DNA of 64,000 nt from Anthoceros angustus (lineage: Eukaryota > Plantae > Anthocerotophyta): positions 880,369 to 944,368 of the forward strand of contig MU008178.1 of NCBI GenBank assembly GCA_010909165.1. Direction: 5' to 3'. The notes under the pieces are model-generated. The model saw only the letters and a list, made by a program, of their open reading frames with translations, searched no databases and had not been told where the DNA came from. The position numbers and the translations under genes are program-made. Shown here piece by piece: positions 1 to 12,290 of the stretch (position 1 is the first letter of the stretch; every line of letters begins with the position of its first letter).

Positions 1-197
1 GTACCGAGGCGTTGATCACACCACCACGTGGGCAGCGGCCACCTACTTTCTCTGCCTTCACGACATGGTCCTACAACTCCCGCTCAAAAGGAGCAAAAAT
101 TTCCTTGCATGTCTTCACCAAACCATTTCTAGCAAAGAGTGTGGGCTGTTCAAAGCAAACTCATTTAAGCTTGTTGCCCAAACTTTTGCGTTCCACA
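1..197 (-). mobile_element. Start of the 3' LTR of Gypsy element 1 (runs off the window)
   Basis: On the minus strand the integrase end is followed by the purine tract GAGGAGGGGAGTA (211-198) and then TGTGGAACG at 197. This is the same PPT|TGTGG junction as at 45690-45706. Confidence 0.7.
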
Positions 198-239
198 TAC
201 TCCCCTCCTCACTGTTTGCGTCCTGAACAACTCTCGGTG

Positions 240-3200
240 AAGGTACTTCTTAACCTTCCACCCATTCACTCTAGTTGGCGCAAATCCCCATCCACCGTAG
301 TTGCGGATCCATTCTCATACTGCCACCACCTCATAAGGTCCCATCCATCTCAACCTAAGCTTCCTAAGTCCATATATGGCTATCATATAGAAGAACCAAA
401 TCCCGGCCATGATAGCTTCTTGCTTCCTCAACTTCCCATCATGCCTATCCTTTCTAAGCTCACAGATTATGAGTTTCTTCTAAAGCATCTTCCCTCGTTC
501 CTCATGCTCTATGAAAGATTCTAGTCTAGCTACGGCTATCTTCTAGTCATCGCTCATCCTCCATGATTCTATAGGTAGGTACTTCAAATTCTCGGCATCA
601 CGGAGACATGCCATATGTTAAATAATAAGGGGTCTTCTTGGTTGTCACCTTCTCTGTCATCTGTAAGCCCATAGCAGAATGTAGCTTAGTGTCCCAATCA
701 TACATGTGAGTCACGATTACCTTGGTCAAGATTGTACACAGCCCATTCGTTTTCTCAAATCAAACCATTCGCTTTGGGATTGTAAGGAGTTGTCTTTCGA
801 TGCCGAATGTTGAAGTAGGTGGTGAGAGTCTCGATCAGTTGAGGAAATGAGTTCCCCATCGACCAACTCAAAAGGACATCCATACCTCGTTATAATGTTC
901 TCAAAGAAACTTCTCTGCGGTCGTCCTTCCTTGTTGCTTGACCTCCACCATCTTTGTACAATAGTCCGTAGCCACCAAGATATATTGCTTCCTTGTCCAT
1001 TGTGTGGGTGGCTTGATTGGACCTACAAAATCTATACCCACTTCTCAAATGGTGCCAAAGGTAGTATGTAGGTGAGAGGCCCTTTGTGTTGACAAAGTGG
1101 GCCTTCCAACCCTCGACACGCATCACACCTCCTAATAAATTCCACACATCCCTCTGCATTGTAGCCCACGAGCTGCATCCAAGACCTTCTTCACGGTGAT
1201 TTGCGTCGAATAATGACCACCAGCCTCTTACGCATGTAAAACACATGACCAAAGCGCTTCTCTAATTTCCGGACATCGCCGAATCTTCTCGTCTGGACCA
1301 AGCTTACAAGACCCCATCCGTAGGCAATAAGGGGCTGTCTTGTGGAGAAAAACAGCTCGCCCTCCCTAGACAAACCATCGGGCATGATTCCATGCTCTAG
1401 AAAATTTCGTACCTCACCATTCAAGTATCTTGGGCATGAACGCCCCTCACGTTCTAATCTCCTCCTTCCACGCATACCACGTCGCCTCCTAGCTCGCCCA
1501 CCAGCAGCCCTGACGGCGTTGTTCCATCCACAAATCCAGTTTCTCCCGCTTTGTCCATGCAAGTTTTGAGCTGCGTTTGCATGCTCCTCCAACAACGTTC
1601 GGATTTCTTCCATTCCTGCTGGTCTAGCCTCGTGTCCAGGTCCAGCTCGTGCTCCCATGGCGACCTCCTCCTGTTGCACCCCATGGCCACCTCATGAGTG
1701 ATTTCCCATGAATCGCCATTTTCTTCTCCTGCTTTTGCTCAAGCTTCATGGGATGCATCTCCTTCCTCGCCCTCTGGCGCACCTACCTCCCTAGGGCCTT
1801 CTCCTCCGGCCCCATGGCGCCTGGCCTCGCCAAGTGGGGCGCCTTTTCTTTTGCTTGAACCGGCGCTCCCATATCCGCTTCTTTCTTTTGCCAACGCTGG
1901 CCTCCACTTGCAGCCCTCCTGACTGCTCACCCTTGAGGAGCATTCCAGCCTCCTCCTCGCGCCCATACTGGCGCCCTTTTATCCCTCTCGGTTCCAGTTG
2001 TCTGCTGCGCCTTTCCTGCACAACGCCCTTCTTGCTCATTTGACCTCTGGCAACAAGGCTTGCTGATCAATGCTTAGGCCGCCCACAACATGCTCACGTC
2101 CTCCCCTTGACCCGGCCGTGGCAACCAACTCCTCGTCAGGAAATCGGTCATCTGTGGCTTCAAGTCGCTCTCCAGTTTTCAGACGAGAAATGAAATCGAT
2201 TCGATGCGCTTCCCTGGCCTAGTTTCTACGTCATAATCAAACTCTTGCAGCAGTAGTACCCACCTGGCAATCCTTCCTGACAACCGCTTGTTCACAAGGT
2301 ACTTCAACGCAAAATGGTCAACATGAAGCGTCACTTTGCAAGCAAGATAGTGCCTAAACTTCTTACGGAGTAAATGATACCAAGACCCTCTCGCTCGTGG
2401 TTGAGTAGTTCTTCTCGCATCCGTGAGATCTACCGCATAGAAAATCGGATGGTCCCGTTTCTTCTCGTCCTTACGGCTTAAGATGGTCCCAATGGCATAA
2501 GCGGACACATCCACGTATACATGAAACGGTTTCTCCCAATCGGCGAATGGTGCGCCACCACGCCCTTCACCCTGAAAAGCCTCTGCCTTGCGTCCATTCG
2601 AAAGGTGTATCCTTCTTGGTCAATTGGGTCCTTCTTAGCAAAATCCTTGATGAACCTGTAATATCCTACCGTCCTACAAAGGCACTGCCTCACCGTTTGG
2701 GGTGCGTCCATCTCAGCTATAACTGCCACCTTCTCCTTATCTACCTGCAATCCTCTTACTGAAACTCGATGTGCCAACAAAATACCTTCCGTCATGCCAA
2801 AATAACACTTCCCTGGATGAAGCTTCATGTTGGACTCCCTGCACTTCTGAAAACACTGTCTTAGGTGCCCTAGGTGCAGCTTCCTCCTGCCAAACACGCA
2901 AAAATCATCCAGAAATACCTCCATGAACTTCCGCAGAAAATCTCGGAAGATAGCATTCACCACACGCTGAAAAGTGGCAGGAGCGTTGCACAAGCCGGAA
3001 GGTAGCTTGGAATAAGCGTAAGTGCCCCAATCGGTTGTGAGCGTAGTCTTGTCTGGTCCTCCCTCCTCAACGAAATCGATTGTAACCCGAGTACCCATCT
3101 AGAAATACATTTCATGGCCACCGTGTCAAAGACTGTCCATGAAAGGCAAGGTGGTGGTCCTTCTTCGTTGCTTCATTAAGCTTCACGAACCGACACACCG

Positions 3201-4200
3201 TACCTTCCCTGTTTCTTAGGTACAATTACAATGGGGCGACCCACTCGGTAAGCACCGGATAAATCACCCGGCTTCCAAGTATTGGTCCGGTGATCCTTGA
3301 CCATAGAATACTTGGGATTCAGCTGTATTGCTTGATCCTTACAGTCTGCCCTCCTTCAAATCGATTGTGTATCCCCAATTCTTCCGAATTCACATGTCGA
3401 ATCTTGAAGGCAAACACATCGACATATTCTCTAAGGACCCTACGAAATTCTTCTTTTTCTACCACTCCTAGATGCCTGGAGATCTTGACCACCTTGCCGG
3501 GTTCTAGCTCCAAGTCCTCTACTGCGTCTGGATCTACATAAGTCCCTTCCGGACTGCTACCTGCACTATTCCCTGATCCTTCGTCGGGGAAATCGCGATC
3601 ATAGGCTCTACCCTTCCAGAAGGCTACTCCTTCTCTATGTGCCTCGTCCTCTGACTCCTCCTCTACGACACCATCTACTTGTAGGCAGGTGTACACCAAC
3701 TCAGATTTTATGCCACCTCAGCGGGGTCCTCGGCTCGGTCACCCCAAGAGCTCACCCCGTACTACCGAGGTGTACCCATCGGATGAGCGGACTCCCCTTC
3801 ATAGGGTGCCTTGCTCCATGACACAAGCGACCTCGCAGCCCTACCCTACATGACTTAAATGTAATGCAGCGGACCAAATCAAAGACACAAGCGATACAAC
3901 CAAGGCACGCCTATCAAAACCTTGTAGCCTAGATCGACATCGGCCTCATGACAATGTAGGTAAGATGGAATGTGAGACCACCAATCACGGTTGGCACATT
4001 TCGGCACCCCAAAGGTTTCCTCCTTGTTTGATCGCCATCCTCAAGAACACTCGGATTGGGTTAAACTTGGTGAAACCAAGGCGATGGCTGTCTCCTCTGT
4101 CATCAAGTTGACTCGAACCCGAATCTAATGGCACATTAGGCACCAAGCGACTGCAATCTCAATTTCAATCTCGGCGCTCCCAAATCAACAAGTTCAACCA
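240..4200 (-). pseudogene. Ty3/Gypsy (non-chromovirus, Athila/Tat-like) pol, frameshifted: PR-RT-RH-INT
   Basis: RT ORF 2478..3098 contains YAYSKLPSGLCNAPATFQRVVNAIFRDFLRKFMEVFLDDF. RNase H ORF 2179..2514 contains DVSAYAIGTILS...HVDHFALKYL...IARWVLLLQEFD. Manual translation gives protease LDSG (~4110-4130) and YKVLIGVPWL (~3900), and an integrase C-end LRLRWMGPYEVV...VNGGRLKKY (~240-370). The domain order is Gypsy type. Confidence 0.9.
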
Positions 4201-5750
4201 CATTTACCTCCACCGGCCTCCTTCGTCCCCATGGGTTGAGGATCCCCTAATCGCTTCCTTCACAATTTTGCGGGATCTTGGACTCACATAAACAATTGTC
4301 TCAAGTGACCACAAATTCTCGGTCAAGCAATGCATCGTGGCGGAGATCTTGTCCGGCAATGTTTCCTCCCCGTTTGTAGCCTTGATGCTGGTCGACTCCG
4401 ACCTTATTGGTAAACTCCTCACACTCTTGGTCCCTCCAAAGCAGCCCGATTCAGTTCGCCCATGTTGGCCAATGCACAACTATGTCATGGAATCGCGGAT
4501 CGGTGGTCCCAGGTCTCAAAAGTTGAGTCTGGTGAGGCACGTACTACGGTGCGGTGTGGCCAGGTATTTGGCCCACTCATGTGGCGATCCAGTGTCATGT
4601 TTGGGGTTGGCTCCTTTGGTTGATCAGATGCCTCTCACGTGGCGACTTCTTTGTTTCGGCCCCAGTTTTGATTCCACTCAGCGACATGGGTCGGATTGGT
4701 GGTGGCCACAAGGTGGGCACCCATGTGTGGCTACGGCTCAACAAGGCCGACCTACAACTCATTGTGTTGAAGATCGCAATGCGGTGGAAGAGGATACCCG
4801 AGGCGGTGGAAGAGGATACCGAGCGGGAGGATACCGGGTTTTCTACACGAGACTCGAGGTCGTGCGGTGGACACCACCTTGTGCATGATGATGAAACTAC
4901 GGGCATCAAGAATGACACCGCTTGTGAGACGAACCACGCAACTAGAACTTGTGTGCCGTCTGTGGAAGTGACCACGGATCAGAGCGGAAGATGAGGTGGA
5001 GGTGCCCGGCAAGGATGGGGAGGCGTGACCACTATGGCGGTGGCTTTGCAGTGGTATGGATGTGGCCACTTGTCTTTGTTCAATGGCGATTCTCGCGGTG
5101 AAGCGGCCACTATGTGTCGAGCCATGAAGTGGCTATTGTCATTCATAAGGATGCGGAGAAATCGCCACTTCCGCATCGCACGAAGTGGTGGAGGTATCGG
5201 TGGGCGTCGGTCTTTGCGTAGAAAAGGCAAGCGGGCAGACTCAGAACTTTGAAGCGGAAGGGTGCCTCAAGTCCGGGAGACCCGTCCCAAGAAAGCTTCA
5301 CAAAGTGCCATGGTGGAACAACCGGCGGGTTTGGAATTTGGTCGTCACATGTGAGATAACTTCATGGTGCGTTCGAGGCACGGTAATAAAGAAAGTTACA
5401 TGGTATGTATTGCGTTGCTGAGCCCATGGTCACATTAGCGCAAGCGAAGATCCAGTGGGGTGGTGAGATTTTTGCGGTGAAAAGGTTGTGAAAGGTTACT
5501 ACTATGAGCGGTGCCTCGACAAAGTGCCTACCATCGGATTCGAGGCCACGTGGTGACCCAATAATGAAGGCGCATCACGACCACGAAGTTTCCAATGGTA
5601 GCTATTCCGGGGCCAATGAGAAGAACAAGAACACTCCAGACTCGGCTCTCTGCTGGATATAGAACATGGTTGGATCAAGTTGTGGCGACATAGCGTAAAG
5701 GGAGGGTCTGCTGCAAAATATACATGGGCTTGCTTTGTTCTTAGTCCAGT
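4200..5750 (-). pseudogene. Probable gag remnant of Gypsy element 1
   Basis: Lies directly upstream of the protease on the same strand and gives only fragmentary ORFs (4204..4479, 5502..5756). No clean motif; no 5' LTR or PBS was found. Confidence 0.4.
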
Positions 5751-6366
5751 GGTCACTTTTTGTCAAGGCTTGAGACGTGTGTAGGATCTTGTGGATGGAC
5801 AGTGTGTGCAAGCATCCATAATTGGCATAGATGTGAATCCTTGCACTTTTGACAATCATGTTACTTGTGGGAGAATGCACCTGGTTTTTGTGGGTCTGTG
5901 AAGCAATTCTCCGTTTGTAGTTCTTAGCAACGTTGGGAGGAAGCTACCGGTTGTAATTGCTCAATTACGAGCAAACCCGGCGAGAAAAGAGGGCCTCGGA
6001 TGGTCTCTAAACAATGCCTCAGGCCGATCCGATTCGAGCTCGTGGCGGACACATATGCAATTCCAATGACACGATTAGTTTAATGACACGGCCATGTAGA
6101 CATTTTGTGGGAGAACACACAACAAAGAAAGAGCTCTTGAGAACCAGCTTTAACATGAAACCAAAGATCCAAAATATGCCACACCACCGATTTCACCGCC
6201 ACCCTCGTGGCCCAAAGTCGATGTAATGTACAATGCCACAAAACAAGCATCAAGGGATGCCTCCGCCATCCACCCATTGTCACACAACCTATCTAGTGTC
6301 GTGGATGTGCGAGCTAGCCAGACGGAAGGAACTTGTTGCCCGACCTCGGGTGGCGCCCTCAATCTA

Positions 6367-7515
6367 TCACATCGCCTGTCCTCCTCGCTTGAGTCCCCCT
6401 GAAGCTGTGCGGTCGGTGCCTTTGTCAAACCACCTCCATGATGTGCGGCGTGCAGCGGCGGTGGAAGGCTTGGCATATGGGGCCACACGATCTCGGACCT
6501 TCTTCCGATGGCGCTTGCGTGCCTTGGCCCGTTCCATTCGATGCAAGTAGTGTGCGGCCAAGGTGACTAGCGACTTTCATCATTGACAAATGGTGATACT
6601 CACCTCCCGGCGAAGAGGGTGCCTGGGCCAGCTTGCCTAATCCGGCTTGAAGATTCCATGTCCCTCCCCACCAACCACCTCCTCCCAAGTGCGCTTCCAT
6701 TGCATACAAGCGAAGTCCGCCGTCAGTCTCCACAAAGGACAAAGGCGGGCTAGCTTGCGTGGTCTCTGAAGTGCTTGCGGCTTTAAATTGCCAATCGGAG
6801 GCCACTCGTGTGCATAAGGCCACCGAAGGGTGGGTGACATGATTACTGTAACATGCCCAAGTGTAAGGAAAGCAAGGCAGATGGCCAATCATTGGCGATA
6901 GATTTTGAAAATTCGACCTCGATCCTTTCAACTTATCGAAGCATAGGGGACCAAAGATTTTGAGGCCAACGTGACCAAGAGTCCGACATGAAGAGTGCAT
7001 GGAGTCCTTTGTTTGCAATGATTGAAAATGGGAAAACTAGGGCCATTTACCCAGAGATAAAGAATTTCACAACAAGCCGGTGAGCGATGGCAGGAAGCAA
7101 TGTCAAACACATCCACAAAGTTCTTAACGCCGGCTTCATGCTTGCTATAGCCCACTACAACTTCTCGCAGCGTGTTGCTGTCTTCAAGGACAACACATGA
7201 ACTTGAAACCACTGGTATCGCTTACCACCGCTGGCGTCCTCTTTCGTGTTTTCAAACCTATTTGTTATTGCCGTTAGAACCTTCAACATGTGGACAATCA
7301 ACCTCTTGGTCGGGGTTGCAAGTCACCCAGCCTCCCGAGTCATAGACATTGTCTCGGTTTAGGCGGATCACGCACCAATGTTTGAATTTTGTCCAGAACT
7401 CCTTTTGCACCTTGAAGGCCTCGAAGCTAGTAACCTTGAATGTCATGCTCCAACTTGAATTTGCACATAGGCGCAGTGCGCTATGCGTCCACGACACCCA
7501 CCGGCTCGGAAGCAC
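6367..7515 (-). pseudogene. Unidentified degenerate coding-like region
   Basis: Four ORFs (7258..7515, 6928..7212, 6637..6888, 6367..6561) share one minus-strand frame. No recognised family. Confidence 0.3.
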
Positions 7516-7989
7516 TCACGGATCCCGCGGCACGCCAGCAAATTCTAACGTGCCTTCATTAGCATTCCTACGGTCCTAGATACCCCAACTCCCAAGTCGG
7601 ATCGGTGCTTTGAAAGATCCAAAGGATACAAGCTTGACATTCCATGCGGAATCACAACATGCACGGCCTGCGTGCCTCCTTACGAACCATTATCCTCATC
7701 AAGCACAAGCGTGACGTGAATCGAAAAGCATCCTCCTCACATTCAACGTCTTGATGCAGGGGAAGGTGAGTAGACACTTCTGGCCGGTCGCCGTCTCCCC
7801 TCCTCCCGAAGTTTGGTTTGCCATGGACCCTCACGCCCCGGCCCCGGTGTGAATGAAGAGTCCACGTCCGTAACACCGCGCATGCACTAACAACGCCGCA
7901 CTAACCCGGACTGTCCGTCAAAATAAGCGGTAAGAAGGATTGTGAGAAAGCGGCACGTCTGGAGTAACCTAACAAGCGGAGTAACCTAA

Positions 7990-8465
7990 CCATCCCCATC
8001 ACCACATCCCACATCCCCACATCCCATCCCATCCCATCCCCACATCCCACATCCCCACATCCCACATCCCATCCCATCCCCCATCCCATCCCACATCATC
8101 CCATCCCACATCCCACATCCCCACATCCCATCCCACATCCCATCCCATCCCATCCCCACATCCCACATCCCATCCCACATCCCACATCCATCCCCACATC
8201 CCATCCCCATACACATCCCACATCCCACATCCCCACATCCCCACATCCCATCCCATCCCACATCCCCACATCCCATCCCATCCCACATCCCATCCCCACA
8301 TCCCATCCCCACATCCCCACATCCCATCCCCATACCCACATCCCATCCCACATCCCATCCCCACATCCCACATCCCACATCCCCACATCCCACATACCCA
8401 CATACCCATACCCACATCCCACATACCCCTACCCACATACCCACATACCCACATACATACCCATC
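7990..8465. repeat. Irregular C-rich/G-rich simple satellite built from CCCAT, CCCACAT and CCCCACAT units
   Basis: Directly visible ~475-bp run. Units drift to CCCACATA/CCCATA at the right end. Confidence 0.95.
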
Positions 8466-8534
8466 TGAGTTTTATCAAACTTGAGCTCCCACTCCCGCAC
8501 ATCTATTAGGGCATGAGCATATCGACAAAGCGAG

Positions 8535-9030
8535 CGTTATAGCACGAATTTGGGTCACAAGTCTTGAGCCAAAAACATTTTGTAAAGCATGCCTGACCTT
8601 GCCTGCAGTGTGACAACATAGTCTAGTAAACTCGGCACCCGAAGCGGTGACAACATAGATCGAAAACGCGGCCCCGGGCAATGTGAAAATAGAAACCTGG
8701 GGCACGGCGGCTTATTAATTCGTTGTCCTCCTCGCGATGCAGTGTTCATCCAATCGGGTTGTGCTCATCTCAAGACGCAGAATGAACATGATCTATCAGC
8801 GAAACATATATCGGCAAAACCACTAGCACGAATTTGGGTCACAAGTCTTGAGCCAAAAACATTTTGTGAAAGCTGACCTTGCATGCTGTGACAACATAGT
8901 AACCGAAGCGGTGACAACATAGCGGTCGATCGCGCGGCCCGAACAATGTGAAAATAGCATCATCGGGCACGGCGCATTGGCGTTCTCCGCGCGATGCATT
9001 GATCGAATCGGGTTGTGCTCATCTCAAGAC
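8535..9030. repeat. Imperfect tandem duplication (~290-bp period)
   Basis: AGCACGAATTTGGGTCACAAGTCTTGAGCCAAAAACATTTTGT...ATCGGGTTGTGCTCAT occurs at ~8540-8770 and again at ~8825-9022, with many indels. Confidence 0.85.
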
Positions 9031-9226
9031 CACGCATTGATCATGAACCACGAACTTGACTTCGGTAAGAGTACTCACCTTCCTCGGTTGCTTTCATAGA
9101 CATAGGCGTGACTTGTTCACAGGCTGGTTAGCCTATATGGACTTCTCCATTGCCCATGTGGTGCCATTGTGAACTTGCATGTCCGAACAATTTGGTAAAA
9201 TGCATTCCTCCGGATCCCAAGGCAAG

Positions 9227-11699
9227 CTATACAGACTCGGGCAAATGCTTTTCCAACATATAGTATTGTCCGACAACCACCTCCTCCCACTGGAATTCTC
9301 TTTTACTCCAAGGGCAATACAAGACTCGATGCGTGTGCTTGGCCTTAGTGCAAGTCACAGTAAAAATCCAGCCCTTCATGCAGTGCAAGACAAGGAAGTT
9401 ATCTCCAACTTCCAAGATATCGCCATCTCGAGACATCATCAACATCATCATCCTGCTTCAATTGTTGGAAGTGCGATCAATCATCGGTCGAGGACTTGCG
9501 TCAACCGCTTGTTTATGCAGGGCCGGCTGTCCATGAGGTGTGATTCGCGACCTCAAAAGCCGCATGAGGCACCATTTCACCGAATGGTTGCTCTCCATAC
9601 ACTGCGAAACATGCAAGGCTCCGCATTCGCATTGCGTGGGGTCATGCATGTCACAACCCCTCTGTGCATTTGCTTGGATCCGGTGTGGGGTCCAAATTTG
9701 TTTGGTTTACCTCTGTCTTTCCAATGAGCCAAAAAAACGGTGAAGCATGATCAGCACTTGCATAAGAGTGGTTGCAAGAGAGATGTTTTGTGCAGTACTC
9801 CACCACATCTGCATTTTCCATCCCGGATGGGGACGACTCTGCATCAGCACGCTTCAAGATGGCACACCATCGTGCTCCCCTTCCGTGCCCACTTCCAAAA
9901 TAAGACCAAAGCATGTTGCACCACCGTGATGCTAGGATACCGAGCAATGAAGTAGCTAGGTCGACACGCTTTGAATTGGCTAGTATCGGCCCGGCACCGG
10001 TGTTCTCGAGGTTGAGGGAATCCGCATCCGCATCCACGCCACGCTTTTGTAAGCAGTGTTGCACAAATAGAGTGTCATGGACCATGTCATCGCTAATATA
10101 AAAGTGATAGTACTTCTCAATTGATGCGGTCCTCTGCATCAACGGGCCATTGCTAAAAACCAACACCAAAATAGTAACTCTCGTTACGCGGTGCATGGAT
10201 TGAATCTCATTCGGACCCCAAATGCATAGTTCGATCGAAACCACAACATCCTGTGGGAACCATTCGAGACAATGTCGAACTCTATCCCACCGCCTGGATG
10301 TAATCATGAAGAAACTCCTTCACCTTATACTCCACAAACACGGAAGGATGTGTTTCCCTAAACACTAGTTTGATCCTTTTCTTGTCGTTGCCATCGCATC
10401 CTTTCCGACTACGATATTGAAAGCAGCCACTTAAGAAACATTTGCGAATATCCAAACATGTCTCGAAGGCGGAAGGAAGTGTGTTGACACCACACACATG
10501 TTCCTAGCAAGCATGCGAGAATGCCAGCGCATCCTCACCCTTTGCACAAAGAACACGCTCACATAGTGTCCGACTAAGCCAAACAAGTGGAGGCGTTACA
10601 ATGAAGCTCTTAGCCAAAAGGATGAGCACACACAGAACAATGACGCGGGTGAACCACAGGCTGCCGGAGGTTATTGAAGGCATCTTTAAGGAGCCATTTC
10701 CACATGGTAAATGCAAGCCGAGATTGCGCTCTTGCAAGCTCTTAACAAAGAACTTCAACTTCTCGAATGACCGTTGCCCAACTTGTATTTCCGGGTGTTC
10801 TTGGCGAGCGAAGGTAGAACTCCGTCGCACATGTCACGAAGAACACACCAATAAGAAACCTCGGTAAAAGCAACACCAAACCCACAATGGAGGCCACATG
10901 GAGTCGCGGATCATATGTGAGCATAGGACATTGGGGTCAAACATGCAAGCTTGGGTCCCGGTGGCGTAAGCACAAACATGTAACACACTCGGTTCCATTT
11001 GTCTTTGTTGGCGCAGGTCACCACTTAGTTGCCCAAGGAAGACACCCTACGGTTGTATGAGGAAACACAAGCGGTTAGAAGGACCCAAGACCGTCCTTGG
11101 ATCGGCAACAACCTAGACACAAATCTCGAAACCTAGCAAGCCAAACTTCACATTCGTCCTTGAGAAGAACGACCTACAATCAACACTTCAAACTCAAGTC
11201 GGACAATTCCACACATACGAGTCGTGATATGTTTGATGAACGTTTTGTGCTATTCGCAACCGCTTGGTATCTTTTGTGTTGGATGAAGGGGCGGGATTCC
11301 CAAAAGTGGACGATGGTGGCCTTAACATGTGGCGAAAGGATGTCGATCTTGATCTCCTTCCATCACCCAACCAGATCTCACGGAGGCATGCCCTCCCGCC
11401 TTGTGCTTAGGCTCGATGGATCGCCTCCTGCGACTCCAATGTGGTGGGAAAGCGTAGCAACAAGGTGATTGTCTTGGAGATCTTGAGATAAAATGACGTT
11501 GAACAGGTGTTCCTTGCTCGCAAATGGTCTCCAACTTGAACGCCTTCAAGTTTGTGCAAGCCTCACGCACATTCTTCAACAACAATGCTCCTAGTTGGAT
11601 CTCTTTTGCATCCTTTGTAGGGCCTATACAACTTGAGAAGTGGTAGGTGACTAAACACCTCCAAGATGTCTCTCGACTTTCGCCGTGTATGCGAGGCAT
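9227..11699 (-). mobile_element. Degenerate DDE/DDD DNA-transposon transposase, Sola2-like
   Basis: Fragments in order: EHPEIQVGQRSFEKLKFFVKSLQERN (10504..10830), KRIKLVFRETHPSVFVEYKVKEFLHDYI (10282..10497), then NEIQSMH...KYYHFYISDDMVHDTLFVQHC...LWSYFGSGHGRG...ILKRA (9651..10307). The GHG-x-G motif matches my recollection of the Sola2-type F..SHGKG..DG motif. TIRs were not found. Confidence 0.6.
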
Positions 11700-12184
11700 A
11701 AAAGCGATTGGCTAGTGTGAGCCACTTCTTGTTCGACGAGCATTCCCTAATACGAGTGGTGCAAGAGCCGCTCTATGCTACATGTTGATGTTTTGACGCC
11801 TCTCCTTCAACTCTCCCGGAGCATCCTCCTCTCCTTGGCGCTGCTGGAGGACGTGACTCCTCGTTTAACGCTCTGTCCACCTCCGGGATGTATCCCTGCC
11901 TTCTTCTTCCACACCACGGACACCACTTCACGTGAAGCACCTTGGTGTAGTGCTTCACGCCGTTGTGGCGACGTTTGGCTGCGCCCATCGACTCCGTTGT
12001 TGGGAAGGTGACCGAGCCATAGCCGTCCCAAAAACAGCCAAGGGTTTGGCACCACCTCAACGCCACGGCACTATCCACCGTGTTGAAGACACCGCCCCGC
12101 ACTATCCACCAACCCAGTAGCGGACCTACTTGCAACTTGGCGCCGTCCGAACGATCCTCCTTCCACCACGTCCTCCACATGTAG

Positions 12185-12290
12185 CCAGAGCTTGTCACGA
12201 TTACCGGCCTAGCCGAGTTCAAGTTTGAGCTCCGGAGCTTGTCACGATTACCGCCTAGCCTCTGAGTTCAAGTTGAGCTCTACACCTAGG
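12185..12290. repeat. Two-copy ~50-bp tandem repeat
   Basis: GAGCTTGTCACGATTACC(G)GCCTAGCC..GAGTTCAAGTT(T)GAGCTC occurs twice. Confidence 0.85.

Noticed and set aside
7901-8502. G/W/D/M/C-rich ORFs (7986..8444, 7999..8502, 8096..8422)
   Set aside because: These are translations of the simple satellite, which is open in several frames.
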